From Selaginella moellendorffii (Eukaryota > Plantae > Lycopodiophyta), in NCBI RefSeq assembly GCF_000143415.4, contig NW_003314367.1, forward strand, positions 416,230 through 480,229: a DNA stretch of 64,000 nt, read 5' to 3'. The translations under genes were made by a program, and so were the position numbers. Shown here piece after piece: positions 34,344 through 48,517 of this stretch (position 1 is the first letter of the stretch; each line of letters opens with the position of its first letter). The notes under the pieces were generated by a model that was given only the letters and a program-made list of their open reading frames with translations, ran no database searches and was not told the DNA's origin.

Positions 34344-34552
34344 CTACAGTGTACTAGTATTTACTGTAGAAAATGTAGAAAACAAAAACAGAACAGGCAT
34401 CCTACGTGGCCCAAGCGTTGCCGACCCGTGGTGTTTTAGGGCAAACCAATATTTTTCTTGTTGCATGAAATCATCTCGCGTGCGCGCGAGGTGACCGAAA
34501 AGATGGCGGGCGGGGAGAGGCTGTAGTAGTACCCAACTTGCTGCTGAAATAG

Positions 34553-35305
34553 ATGTCTAATGCGCGGCTATGGCGGGCAGCAATGCAGGACCGGCTGGTC
34601 CGCACGTCGAGGGAGGCGGCGGCGGCGAGGCTGGAGCTGTCGTCGAGCCTGGCCGAAAGCAGCAGCCTCCACGACTCTCTGGACGACTGCGAGTGCTACG
34701 TGCCCCCGAGCCCCGTTTCGTTGCCCATCCACGGCGAGTGTGGCATTCCTCCCCTGGCCCCTCATGAGCGCGACAAGGTGACGCTCGTCCTCGACCTGGA
34801 CGAGACGCTGGTGCACTCGTCCTTCGTGCCCATTCCCAGGTACGACTTCACCATTAGAGTAGACATCGACAACAAGCTCCAGACCGTCTACGTCGTCAAG
34901 CGGCCGGGCGTGGAGCAGTTCCTGAGCGCCATGGCCGACAAGTTCGAGGTGGTGCTCTTCACCGCCAGCCTGCAAAAGTACGCAGACCCGCTGGTGGACC
35001 GCCTCGACTACTACTCGGCCATCCGCCACCGCCTCTACAGAGAGTCGTGTAGGCTCTACGGCGGGGGCCTCGTCAAGGACCTGTCCATCTTGGGCCGGGA
35101 CCTGCACAAGGTGATCATCGTGGACAACAGCCCCCACTCGTACGCACTGCAGCCGCAGAATGCCGTGCCCATCACCTCCTTTATTGACAACCCCAGGGAC
35201 CGAGAGCTGCTTGAGCTCATACCTTACCTCTCCGTCCTCTCCGAGTTTGACAACGTCACTGCCGCGCTCAACAGCTGCAGATACGAGTCGCTCAAGCGCT
35301 ACTAA
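34553..35305 (+). CDS. CTD small phosphatase / NIF (FCP1-SCP family HAD phosphatase), intronless
   Basis: TLVLDLDETLVHS, KRPG, FTAS..YA, LYRESC, KDLS.LGRDL, IVDNSP. Confidence 0.93.
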   Translation: MSNARLWRAAMQDRLVRTSREAAAARLELSSSLAESSSLHDSLDDCECYVPPSPVSLPIHGECGIPPLAPHERDKVTLVLDLDETLVHSSFVPIPRYDFTIRVDIDNKLQTVYVVKRPGVEQFLSAMADKFEVVLFTASLQKYADPLVDRLDYYSAIRHRLYRESCRLYGGGLVKDLSILGRDLHKVIIVDNSPHSYALQPQNAVPITSFIDNPRDRELLELIPYLSVLSEFDNVTAALNSCRYESLKRY

Positions 35306-37994
35306 CCTCTACGCTACGCTACGGATCTCGATCCATCCATCGTTGGCTGGCGGATTACTATATGTAGCTCTATAAGCTCGGTTGCTCCTCTCTCGACTGC
35401 CTGCAACCACCATTCCTATCTTACCCAGTAGATGCCTATCGACGCGCGTAACTAGTGTTCCTATATATAAATAGCGGAAGAGCCGACCGAGGGCCATATT
35501 TTTCATATTCTAACTGTGGCTTGACAAACTTCATTGCAGAGTCGAGATGTTACTGCATTTCGTCAAAGTCATGAAGCTCAGTTGCCACTTCTTAAATGGT
35601 TGGTCATGTTACGCCTCCACTCGACTAATGTAGTCAAGCAGCTGCACAACACATCCGCGAGTTGCCAGTCACTTTTAACGTTACAACGCAGCAAAACAGC
35701 CATGCTTTTGGTTTACTTTGCTCCTCTTTCAGGTTTGGAAGGGTCTTGCGCTTTCAGATGAAAGCGAAACAAACCTGTGGTGGAGGAAATCGTATTACGC
35801 CTGTTGCGGTCATCTGTCTTCGTTTGTACGTTTTGGATCCTATGATTCTTTGTTCTCTTTCTGCAGATAATACTTGAATGCATCTTGGAAATCTTTCTCT
35901 ACATGCAATAGCCAGGTATTTTTCTTTTCTGATGTGAGCTCATCATTCCATAGTTCATTGATAACGGCAATTCTGAAAATTTAGCTCTGGGAACGTCTCT
36001 CAAAAGCAACAATCTTATAGTGTGGTACGGTCTCACATACACTGGTGGAGGGGCAAAAGAAGACGTGAGATGCAGTGCACTGAGAAGCAAGGAATCAAGG
36101 TAAGGCGCTGTTTGTGAACTTCTGCTAAGCTTTTTAGACAATAATAAATATTTATGTCCAGGACAAGATCTCAAGTTAACCCTCGCATAGCAGATGAGGT
36201 GGAAAAACAGACGCAAGATGGGGAATCCGTCATGTGAAGGGATGGGAAGTCATTGATTGCAGATCGGAAAAATGTTAAATGGGCATCGCCAAATAAAAAA
36301 TGTTTTGCAAGTTCCTTGAGAAGAGATAAACATCCGGGACCTTGCTGAATACGGCACACGGACGCCTTTCCCGATTATAATTTATATGAATTGAAGGGGT
36401 TCCCGAGCCATGTAAGTATTGATACGTATATAGAGGGACTGGCAGCAAGGATACGGGAGCTCAGTACAACTTCCTTAACTTTGAGGCTGCGATGCATTTG
36501 AGCAGCTGGACAAAAATCAACGCATAGCTCCACCTTATCAGGTCGAAGAACAGACAACAGAATCTCTCATGTGAAGTCATTGATTGCAGATCGGAAAATA
36601 AAAGAAAATCTGTTCGTACGTTAATCGCTTTGAAGTTTGCTTTGATCAGTTGTAGAACATAGCAAAAGTGTCATTCCCGTGAGTCTTCAAAAGTGTCATT
36701 CCCAGCGTCGTTAACAGGTTTCCTTGAAGTATAGACGAATTTTTTTCGATATATGTGGTGCAATATGTTATATGCCATATAAACTCGGTATACATTTTAT
36801 TTTATGGTGTGTAGCACCAGCTTTTGTAACTTCATCAGCAACGACTTTCCTGGCAGAACAAGGCCATAGCGCAAAAAGTCTCACATGTGCAGAAGGACGC
36901 AGGGTCAGAATGTGAAAGCATGTGAGAAACGAGATGACAGAGAATCACGAGAGGCCGCTGGTAAGAAACTTTTCGTTCTCCTTCACTTGAACAAACGTAG
37001 AACGACACAAAGGACCAAAACTTAGAACAAAGACCAGAACTCTATGCATCAAAGAATCCCTAAATCTTAAGACTATTAGTTCACTTTAAATGTGGCAGGC
37101 AGTTTGCATTTTCTACAGCGGCTGCTGGTGCCTTCAGAGCAGATCGACGAGTGGTCTTGGGACGCCATTCACTTTTGATTTTAGCAGCCAACGCTTTTGA
37201 CAGTCAAAGATGCTGAAGGGCGTGAGGCTACAGTGCTGAAGAGGATAAATAAAAGTTTGATTTTCTTTTCCCTGTCGTGATGACCATGATTCTGGCCGTC
37301 AGGATGGTAGTTCCGTTATCAGCAGGGCAGGCGATCAGGGACGTCAACTTTGGGCCATGGATTGGTTCTCTTCGCTCCTCAATCAGGAATTGGAGGCCCA
37401 CGATCCATCTAAGTATCGGTACTGGTGACACTATAACTGTGAGATATAGTTTGGAGCTGCGGGTTACCATTTCAGACTGGGATCTACTGGCAAGGTAAGC
37501 TGTTGGTGTTGGTGTATCTCTCTCGTGGTGGGAAAGGTCGAGGACGTCAAAGTTATGGATGAATATTACCACTTAGAATACCTTTGGTACGGAGGCATGG
37601 AGTGCCAGATATGCTTAGTGTACCAACAAGGTCCAGATTCGCAACAAAAAGCACCTTTGGTATACTGAATAAGAGTGTTGATCAGGATTTAGCTTCACAT
37701 CTTGTCCGCTTTTTGGAGCATCTGTACTGGAGAACAAGTGTGCTATTCAGCTGACAGCTATTCAAATTTCAGGGACGATATCTGCTCTTGAAAGCGTTTC
37801 GACTTATGCAAAGTTGACATCCAGGTTGCTCAACACCGTTTTCATCTACATTCAGCAGTGCTCTGTAAATGTATCCAATGTACGCCAAGACTGTTCGGAA
37901 ACAAGCGTCAAAGCTGGCTTACAAAGTTGAGACGACAGAATTGGATGAAGAAAATGGCAAGCAGAAGCTGGACAAATTTCAATGATCGTTTACT

Positions 37995-38065
37995 GATGCG
38001 GTGCTTAACGAGGTGGTAGATTATAAGCTGTATAGTTTCATGGACGGGTATAGTCGTTATAATAC
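37995..38065 (+). mobile_element. Tiny Ty3/gypsy RT remnant
   Basis: Translates DAVLNEVVDYKLYSFMDGYSRYN, matching the RT motif ...YSFLDGYSGYNQ. Confidence 0.55.
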
Positions 38066-39456
38066 GCTCTGGTTTTAGATATTCACATGCTTTATAAGGA
38101 GAAGTTTTTCATTCAGTTCTTCAATCAAATGCTAAGGAGCGTATGAAATATATGGCGACAGAACTTGTTATGGTTCCCTGACACGTCAGTCATCATAGCA
38201 AAGGACACTGTAGAAGATCACAGAAAAACAAAGAGGAGACATGGACGAGCTATGCACTTTGAAGTGGTCGGGATTTGCGGGGTACGCAGATACCTCGTCC
38301 AGATGGCCAGCACGGTTTATAGCACCAACAACATAAATATGCTTGCCTAGCACTTGACTGGAGATAGATAGATAGATGTCCTAGAAAAGCTGGGTTAATG
38401 GCTTGGATGAGATCCTGTTAGTGTGGCCTTTGATGTGTTAAGCGCATGGAAGTCCAGCTGTGGAAAGTATAAACGCAGTCGCATGTAGGCCTGGAATGTG
38501 AGGGAACTTCATTGCTTTCAATAATGCAGCTTGAGGTTAAATTTTTACTCTCCTGAACCTTTGCTACACAAGATGGAAATGAAAACCTTCTGATTTCTCG
38601 GACTGCTGCCAAAGAAGAGTCCGAAGGCTACTTCTAAAAGCTCTATCTTTTGTTTATACGATTGAGTTTACTGGAAATGATATTGTGACACTTTAATATA
38701 GAATAACATAATGCTCCATATAGCGTTCATCCGTTGTTAGAAAACTCAGCTTGATTGTGCCATTACAATACAGAACATACTTGTTAATGCTGTGTCAAAT
38801 GAATTACGTTGTGATCCTATGTATCTTCGTCATGATCATAGATTCTAGATTAGCCATGTAATTTCAATTACCGGACAAAAACCAATTCGAAAGGGACGAG
38901 GGATTACTAAGCAATTTTCAACTCTTGAAACTGAGAAGCCTGGATGCATTGAATTGCATGTGTTCAACTTTTCAAGTGTTCAGCAATTTATTTGCAAGTT
39001 CGTGAAAGCCATTCTGATTCTTAGTGCTTGACTTTGCTTGACTCACGTGTAACAAAACTTCCGACTTTTTGTTGAAGTAAGCAGTTCTACAAAATAGAGA
39101 ACGCTGACCCACTGGTGGCGCCTAAGCTGAGCGTATCAACAATGTCTGACGAATCGATACCAAGTCGCTCAGCAATGGCTGCGAGTGTACAGTAACCAAC
39201 ATTGGAAAAAAAAGTTCTTTGTCTGTGACGCTTCTTGGGACTTCGGCCACACTCGCAGAAAGCCAGCCAGTACAATTCCTGTAGTGTCTAGCACAAAGTG
39301 TACAGTTGTTCTGCTACCTGTGAGCAACAAGAGCTTCATCAAAATCGCAACTTTCATTGCTCAAGAATTTTCTAGATAACCAACAGCAGCGCGCAAGACG
39401 TAGCGCACCGAAGACTTAGGCGAACCATTGCCGTCGCGCAGGATCCCAATTGGCTG

Positions 39457-42400
39457 TTAACGGTCTACAACTCTACGGTAGTCAGCTATTATAAGCTTGA
39501 GGTCGGCCACCTGCTTCTGGTTATCAGCGAGCTGATGATGAAGCATCTCCAATGACTGCCATGCCACTGAAGTATCCACATGGCCCTCAGTGTGATAAGC
39601 GCCCGAAACCTATCAGATAAATTTTCAGAACCTCCAGCCGGATTAGCTGGGACGTTTTACCTGCATGATCTTCTTGCACATGTTTGATAACTCTTCGGCC
39701 ATTTGGAGATTATCATCTTCGGCCTCCTGTAAAGCAGAAATCGTTACTTCAATGTGGATAAAGAAAACGATGATACCTTTAGTTTGCTGCGAAGTTGCTG
39801 CTCAACCTCATATCGTGGCTTCCCATTTGCGTTACGATGTTGGTCAAGTTCCTCATGGACGCGACTCAAACGTATTTCCATGTTTCGAAGCTTAGTCGAA
39901 AGCTCATCGTTTTTAGCTTTTAGCAGATTGTTTTCCTCCTGCACGATATCAACATAAGACCGACCCCTTCCGAAGAATTTAAACCTTGATCTTGGCATGA
40001 TGATGAATTCTTTGCTGAAGGTTCTGTTGTCCGGATAGCTTCCGTACCTCGTTCTCTAAACCAGACTGGTGCTTTTTGAATGCATCAAGTTCTCCCTGTA
40101 CCAAACACCATTGCCTGCCATTAAATAACGTTTCACGTACCTTCAGTTTTTCGTTCTCACTGTTTAGCGCTTGCTCTCGCACCCGGAGCTGCTCAGCTGC
40201 TACACGAATGGCAGCAACTTCATTCTGACGGTGGTCTATTTCGTCAAGACAACTGTTAACTGACTAAATATCAGGATCCAAATGAACAAAGAAATAGAAT
40301 ACAACCTATCCCGTTCTTCAATATACTCCTCAGGTTGCTTTTGCAAGAGTTGAACGCTCTGAAGCAAAACATAAAAGTTGACATTGCACGGAAAAAAACA
40401 GACCACCTACCTCATGGTTTGACGAATCTGGAAAACGATCCTCGACAAGTAGCGACTGAAAAGTAGGTAAGCACCTCACACTATGCCAAAACGCCACTCA
40501 CAGCGTAATTTGTAATGTCCATTTTAACTCCAAGAAGGTCTCTGACGACATCATGTGTCATACTTTCCGCTTCTGCAAGCCTCGAGTTTAGCATGTACAC
40601 CTGTCAAAGACAAAAAAAAGCCTCGCATTTAGAGAAACAAAAATGATGCATAAATACCTCTCTTTGTCGGCCGGCAGCGATAGTTTCAAGTTCGCTGATA
40701 CGGTGCCTTGCTGCAGATAGCTCTTCGTCGAACTCTGAGTTCATCTGCTGCGAAAGACCTTTCCCTATGCACTTGAATGGTGAGCTCGACCCCTTTGTTT
40801 TCGTCGCTTTTGCCTGATCCAAAAACGTTTCCAACTCGTTGATCTAACATGTCCCGTTACCGATTAGAGCCAGCTATACAGAGCACGGAGGTTGACGTAC
40901 CTTTTGTTGATAGTGGGATGCTTGTCTGGTGGAGGCAGTCGTTAGATCTGAAATATGCTTGTTGTACGCCTGGATCTGTAGATAAAAGATGTTACGACGT
41001 GAGATCAAGAATTCCTTTACCTGTGACTCTTTCTCGAAACAATCTTCAGAAAGCTTAGCAATTTCTTCCTTTAGCTTCAGGATTGCTTCTTCGTCTGTTT
41101 TCTTCCTGTACCAATGAAGTTGTTACAGTAACACGTCACGTTTAAAATGCAAACAAATGTCGTACGCTGCAATCATCCCGGTTCTCAGAGTGATCTCATG
41201 TCGTAGGGATTGCACTTCAGTTTCTAAATCTTCTCTCATCAACCGCTGCATTTGTGCTTCACGTTTTACTATCCCAACCTGATCAACAGAATATAGTAAC
41301 ACCCAAACATCATATATTCACCCACCTGATTTTCTAAAGCGTTCACGATGCTTTCCAGTTCTCCAACAGAGCGTTCTAAAACCTTTATTTCTTCGTCTTT
41401 CTCTTCTGCATGGGCCTTGCTAGCCTCCGCAACCTGAGCATCGCGATAATATCAAGAACGTTACACATTAGACAATTGTCATACCTTACGAGCCTCGACT
41501 GCCACGATTTCTCTTTCGTCAGCGAGTGACTGGGCCATGTCAAGCTGCTCGGTAACAACCAACAGGTCCGCACTTAGCCTGTCCCGCTCCTGAAGTACAG
41601 CATTCAGCTCCTCCTGTACAGAACTAACAGCCTCTGCCACCTTCTGTTCCACCAAGGAGCTCAGCTCCAAAAGCTCTAGATCCAAACTCTCAACTAAATG
41701 CGACTTTTCTTCCAACTCGTCTTGAACGTTGTTCTTTTCAAACACGAGTTCTTCAATTTTCTTAACGAGAGCGTTGTTTTCTGATGCCAAAGTCGCCTTA
41801 AGATCTCTCAGCGTATCAGCCTCGCCTTCCAGGCAGCGCAGACTACTCGATTTTTCCGAGAGCTCCCCGCGCGCACTTGCAAGAAGCCCTTGTGCTTCTG
41901 AAAGATCGTTCAACCTCAAGGACAATTCATGCTGTAGCTTCGCATTGGTTTCCAGAACGTCAGCTTTTGTCTCAGCCATGTCAGCGAATGACTCCTGAAG
42001 TAAACCCATGTCAAATTCCAAGCCCTTGATAATAGACTCTTTCTTTTCGATCTCGTTCGAAATTTTACTTTCGTAATCCGAATGTGACGCTCTGGAGTTC
42101 CGCTCTAGCACCGCAACCTGCTGCTCGAGGACGTTGTTCTTTTCCTCAAGTTCCGATTTTATAAGATTCAAGTCCACCATCTTATATTCCAATTCTTGAA
42201 TACTAGACTTCCATGTGGACTTCTCTGCCAGTGTCGCGTCCTTCAAAGATTGTAACTCCTTTGTTGTCGCAGCCACTTCACTGTTCGATCGTGAAAGCTC
42301 CTCATGGACATTACGAACCACCGTTTCCAACCGGAGAATGTTGTCAGCCTTGGAATGCATCTCTTGCCGAAGCTGTAAAGTGTCATCTTGTTTCTTCCTT

Positions 42401-45400
42401 GCCTCCTCAACGAGCTCCTGAATAGAAAGCTCTAGCCCCTTGCACGCAGCATTTTTCCCTTCGATATCTTCCAGCAACGAGGCGACCCTGCCCTTCAACG
42501 CCCCGTTTTCTGCTTCAAGCCGCGCAATGTGGTCATCCAGCTCCTGAACCTTTATGTCCAGCTCATGCATTTCTGATACAGCCACCATACAGTCTTTCTC
42601 GTAAGCCTCGCACTTGTGCTGAGCTTTCTGAAGTTCCAAAGATTGCTCGCCAACTTTGAACTGCAACGACGAAAGCTTCTCTTGAGCATTAGCTATTGCC
42701 ATTTGCAATCGCACTTTTTCAACTTCAGCTGATTCTCGGAGCATGTCCAACTCCAGATTCGCCTTGGACATGTCAGAAGCATGTGTCGCTCGGGCCTTTT
42801 CCAACGCAAGCCTTGTCGCAGCGACCTCCTTGTAGCCTTTTAAAACATTCGCGTCACTGTCCTCCCTGAGCGCGTTAACGAAGTTTCGGGCCTCTGATAT
42901 GTCGATCTTAAGCGCATGCAGTGTTGACAATCCTTCATGGGAGATAGATCGAAACGCGTCATCGACCAGTAACTTGGAATCGTGCACCTGCTGCTCGAAA
43001 CTGACCATCTGCTTGAGTAGTGTTGAACTCGAGTAACTACAGTCTTTCGCGAGATAATCGGTCTGAGACGTTAACACTTTCACATCCGTCAACAGCCGTT
43101 CCTTTTCGGCGCACCAAAGCTCTTCAGCCTCATGTAGTCTAGTCGAGTGTTCTTGTAGCTCGGTTCGAGTCTGTTCTAAAACACGGATATGGGTGTCATT
43201 CTTCTCCTGAAGAATAGCTATAGCTGTTTGCTGTTCCGAAATAATACTTGCACCGTCGCAAATCTTTGATCTCAGCTGCTCCTCCACGCCAACGCAATGC
43301 TTTACAACTAAAAGAGCGGCGTGTCCTCTTTTCTCGGATAGTAGCAGACTCCTCCTTAGTGAGCATATTAAACCCGCGTCTTCAGTTCGTTCTAGTTCCC
43401 GTTGTTGTTCCTGTGCCTCGGCAAGGTTGTTAATCACTATAAAGGCGACCTCCAGAAATTTGTTGAGCTTTCTCATGTTCCCTTCAAGGCAGTCTGCTCT
43501 GCATATGGCTTCTTCTGCAGTAATCCTTGTCGTCAACACCTCCTCTCTCTGTGTCTCTTGCATTTTCGACATATTTGAGGTCGCGTCAGTTAAAGCCTCC
43601 ATCTTTTGCTCTGCATCTTTGACAAACTCAAAAGCCTGGTGTAGCTTTAACTGTAAAGCCTGAATAACTTTTTGCTTCTCCGCAGCAAAATGGCTTGGTG
43701 GACAATCCGGCAAGGAAGTCTGAAAAATCCGTTCCATTTCCGTTGCTGCAGCATCAAGTGTCGCGTCACCTTCAGATAGATAATCGGCTAGTCTTCTTGT
43801 AGTCTGTTGCCAGAGCTTGCAAAGCTCTTGTTCCTTGCCCAGCCTCAGTTCGTTGCAGTAATTTGCTAGCCGTGCATTTTCAAGCTGCAAGCTTTCGACC
43901 TCGTCAGATGAGAGTTTTTCGTGGTTACTAGATAGTGCGAACTTATCATTTGCCATAAGAAGGTCCCTATGCAGATTAGAAATAGTATCTGCCGTCTCAG
44001 CTTCAACTTCTGCACGCCTGACATCCATCTGTTTTTCTATAGCCAGCCTGTGTATTTTTTCTCTGAAGAAAAGCCTGTTCAACTCCTGTGCCTCGTCAAG
44101 TTCTTCCCTAATCTTCAGAACCTCCTGTTCGGTCTTAGATTTTTCTGCCTCATCGAAGCCCACAGTCTTCTCTAAGCAGCGGATTTCTTCTTTCCTTCTC
44201 AGTTCAAGCTGTAGCAACTGCACCTGGCTCCTTAACACGGGTGTACTGTCGTCACTTCCGTATTTTTGTTGTTTCAAGGGAGCAGCTTCAAGCTCGTTGA
44301 TTAACACTAATTGCTGGCTTTCCATCTGCTCACGTAACTCATTTGCCTCCTGCACCAGACAACATTGCCACCTCAGTGAGCTGAGAAGTTCAGAAAAAAC
44401 CTCGAGACTGGCTTCTAGAGCTTGCTTCTCCCTCATTGCCTCTTTTAACTGCAGCTCTAAGCGTGCATTGGATTCTATATCACAGGCCTTTCTCTCCTTA
44501 TACTGCCAAAAGAGTTCAATTGAAGATTATCAGGAAACAGTAAAGCAAAAGAAAACGTAAAACCGTACCGCGTCCAGCTCCCGTTTGTAAAACTCAATTT
44601 CGCTGGTTCTACTCTGCAACTCCCTATTTCCCGGGAACAGATACAGGGTTCAATCAAGACAACTATAGAATACCTAATGAGCTCTCCGTTTTCCCGTTGT
44701 AAGGATTCTGATTTCTGCTTATGCTCCTCCATAACGTTCGCCTAGACACAACATTTAAAAATAAGAACTAAGAGCTTGGCTAAGCTTCCGAACCTCAGAG
44801 CGGAAATTCTCAACCTCTTCTAAAAGCCGTGAATGGCTCTGAATACCACATTCCTCCTGCAAAGGTTTGAAAAAACTAGAATTAAGTACAAGAGCGCAAA
44901 CAGAAGCACCTTCAAAATCGCATTTGCTTCCAAAACCTCCATAAGCTTTAAAAAACGTAAAAACAAAAGCAAACGTTAAATCTGAGAAAAAAATAGTCTA
45001 CCTGATCCCGAAGGTTCGACAACTCAGTAGTCATGGTTTCTCTTTCTCCGTTGTCATAAAATTCGTGGAACCTGAAGGCAACATTAAATAACATCAGATG
45101 ACGACTTCAAAACAAACCTTTTCAGCTCTTCCATCAAGCGTATGTTTTCCATTGCAAATCGTGTAACTTCAGGGTTGTGTTCGACTCTGCTGCCAAGGAC
45201 CTTTACTTCCTCTACCAAAGCTTCCCTGTCTTCCAAACAAAAAGAGCCTCCAGCAGTGGATCCATCCTCCGCAGCTTCTAGCCTTCTGATTTTGTCCTCT
45301 CTAAATCGCAAAAGCATCTTCACGCGTTGTGTATCTTCCTCCCTTTGCCTCACCTATGCAGAACATTAGGCACGATGTCATGAAGCGGTTAAATTATACC

Positions 45401-48102
45401 AGTCGTTTAAGGTGACTGATCTCCACCCCAAGGTTCTTAATGACTGATTCCGCCGCTGCCTCTCTTCTCAAAGAAGCAGCAAGTACTTCTTGACCCTGTA
45501 GAGAAGGCTAGATAGTAGAATGCAAACAAACAAAAAAAAAAAAAAAAAAAACGGGGGAAAGGGCAAACCAGTACCAGACTGTGTAAAAGACATGGCTCCA
45601 CAGGCTGATCATTGTTTCTACAATCCTGACTCCGAAGATAGTTCACTTCATCCTGCAACACAAGACATGTTATTTGTCAAACCACCTTCAGGTTACCTTC
45701 AACTGTTGGATCTGTTGACGCAGGGAAACAACGTCCCCATAGCTGTCCTCATTAATGATAGCCTACCACAAGAATATTTGTTCAGCAAAAACGATTAAAC
45801 CAAAAAGATTCTTCATCGATAGCTTACGTTGTTACGGATAAACTTGGCGCGTTGGGCGAACTTTAGAGTGCTCAAAGTCTCCAAAGAGCAGCTGAAAAAC
45901 CAATACTCAACACACGTAAAACCCTTCAACTATACCTGTTAGAAGGGCTCACAGTTGCTATAATCATTGTTTTCGAGTTCCCACCCAGTGAATCCTGCAA
46001 AACGGGTTGATTGTTGCATGCACGCAACTAGAATCCTTACTTGCAAGAGGAATGTAAGTTTAGAGTCGCGGTACGGTATGTGCCGCGGCTTGCCGTTAGC
46101 AGCGTCAACAAGGACCATGATGACAAGCCTGCGAACAGGACATGTGAGGTTATAAGTGCAATCCAGTATCAACACACCCAAGTGTAGAGAGGGACTTGTT
46201 AATGTTAGCAGCCTCCTTGAGCCTATCGCCTTCCGCTCCCGAACTCTTCTGTCTAAGGAGAAATAGGATATGTTTTCTAAAGAAAAAAAATAATACCACC
46301 TTTCAGACCCTGCTAAGTCGACCAGATTTAATCGTCCAAAACGTGTGTTAATGACGGAATCATCCGACTCCCACTGCAAATGTTTTGATACTTATGTGCT
46401 GCAATCTTGAACCGAGTCCAAACCTTGCTTTCCACTACACAGGTGAAAACGCTGTGAGAACGGCTGCTCTCTCTATTCATGTTTGTAGCCGCCACTCTTC
46501 TGTTTGCAGAGCCCTGTATAGCATCCGCCATTGATAACAACCAAAGACCCAGTAAACAGTACCTGATTAAGCAGCTTCATAACATCTCCAACACTGTTGA
46601 CTTCTACTTCCTTGAGGTTCTCGACATAAACGCCTTTTTTGACATCCTCCCTCAACTGAAAGCAAGAGCGTAAGACATGAACAAGCAGAAAGGCACTCCT
46701 CACTTGCAGGTTGGTGGCGGACGGCTCGAGAAGATCAGAAACTTGCTCATTGTAAATTTCCAGAAACGAGCATTTACATGCGAACTCAAGGCCTTGAGAT
46801 CTGCGAGCTTCCCCTTCCTGGACAGCAATCAGCACGGGCAGTTTCCAAGAACGAGTACATACCAGTTGGATCTTTACAAAGAGGTATTCAAAAACCCGGG
46901 GTATCATTCCTCTTCCCTCGCTTTGCTCCTGATCAATATCGCCAAGCATTGTATGGGTCTTCCCACTCCCCGTCTGCCAAGGCATGCCGCTCGCATGATT
47001 ACACCGTCCATGAGACCGAGGGCTACAGAACCACTGACCTGACCATAGGCAAACATGCAGTTGTTATATCCGGAGATACAGTTGTCCACCATTGGCAGCC
47101 CCGCGACTCTGAACAGCTTCTCCTGAAAAAGTTGATGCAGTCCAGAGCCACCATCAGTCAGTAGCAGAAACGCCAGCAAACCTGGTTGACGCTTTCACAG
47201 GCCACATGGTCGAAGGTAAACCTTGATTCGGGGTGCCCGATCCACGTAAGGCTGTGAGCAGTATCCTGACGCAGACATCTGCCGGGGCCTTGAAGCGAAA
47301 CCTCTAGCGGGCTGGGAGGCCTTATACGGATGAGCACCTGGCCAGAGATACAAACAGTAAGATGCAGAGCGTGCGTGGACTCTCGCGAGCATACCTGAAC
47401 ATTATGGTCTTGCCAAAAGGAGACGTCCTCCTCGAGCTCAAAGTGTGCCGGTGCCAAAACTTCCCCGTGCTGTCCCTGACAGAATCCCAGAGACTTTACG
47501 ACCGGCCCCGGCACTGCTCCGGCAGCACGCAGCCCCGCGTCCTGGTTATACTTGAGCGTCCTGGACACGCTCTTCTTGGGCGTCCCAGTCCCGGCATGGC
47601 CAGAGTTACTCCCGGGCTCGGAATGCATGGTCACATACTTGTTGTCGATCTTGCAAGCCCGAGGGGTGCTGAACTGGCTTCCTCCGCCGTGCTTGCTCGC
47701 CGCCTGGACGCTGCTGTAAGCCTGGTGGCGGGGGCCGCGCGAGGACGGGGTACCAAACGGCTGCTGCTGCTGCTGCTCGCTGGCGTCAGATCGCGCATCG
47801 TCGTCACGGGGCTGGAGCTGCTGCTTCTTGACGATCGCCTGCTGCTGGATCCACTGGAGCTTGAGCGTGGGATTGAAGGCACGCCTGTCCGCAACGCCAT
47901 CGGAAGCCACATTCTTCTCCTTCTCCGAGAGCGGATTGGAGGCTGTGTGTGCCCTGTTGCAAGGAGTAGACGAATCGAATCCAGAGATCTCACCGAAGGG
48001 AACACGACCAGCGCTCTCGTTCTCCGCAGACTCGGCGCATTGCCCCCCTTTGCTGCCACCGGGCAAGCTCCCGAAAATCCGCAGTGGCGACAGCCTCGGC
48101 AT
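39457..48102 (-). CDS. Kinesin-12, POK (phragmoplast-orienting kinesin)-like, multi-exon
   Basis: FAYGQ|TGSGKT, SFLEIYNE, NRESSRSH, NLVDLAGSER, HIPYRDSKLT, NPEVTRFAMENIRL, long coiled-coil exon, C-terminal LSGQQNLQQRIHHHAKIK|EENNLLK. Confidence 0.92.
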
Positions 48103-48249
48103 TCCTCAAGCTTGAATCTGCTGCCACATTCCCTCCCTGCTCTGCCACAAACCCTAGCCTAGGCGAGGGAGCCTTGGGGCTTTTCTTTTCCCTCCAAAGC
48201 CAAATAAAAAAATCAAAGAGCCCTAAGAAAACGAGAAGAGCATCCTACG

Positions 48250-48285
48250 GCGGAATTTGAACCCAATCTAGCACATCTAACGGCT
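48250..48285. promoter_or_regulatory. MSA-like element (TCTAACGGCT) and TTTGAA upstream of the mitotic kinesin
   Basis: Motifs lie about 150-180 bp upstream of the kinesin ATG; MSA elements are bound by 3R-MYBs in G2/M genes. Confidence 0.5.
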
Positions 48286-48517
48286 TTCCGCAGGCTTCAC
48301 TGGTGATTGGGACACGTAGAATTTCTATTAGCAAGCAAGTAGATAGATTCTGGCACCAAAGATGAAAGTGGGAAGCAATCCTGTGTTAAACTGCGACGCT
48401 ACTGCCACGTGGTCGCATGACGTGGACAAATCAGTTTATTTTGTGGTCTCGCCTCGCCCTAGGCGCTGCGCGAGGCAGCGGTAGCATGGGTGGGAGCTTG
48501 GTGGGTTGCACCAAGCA

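Noticed and set aside
35500-39400. Short ORFs and small direct repeats (e.g. TCATTGATTGCAGATCGGAAAA at about 36250 and 36578)
   Set aside because: No recognisable domain or consistent exon chain; probably decayed intergenic or TE debris, though a small gene cannot be excluded.
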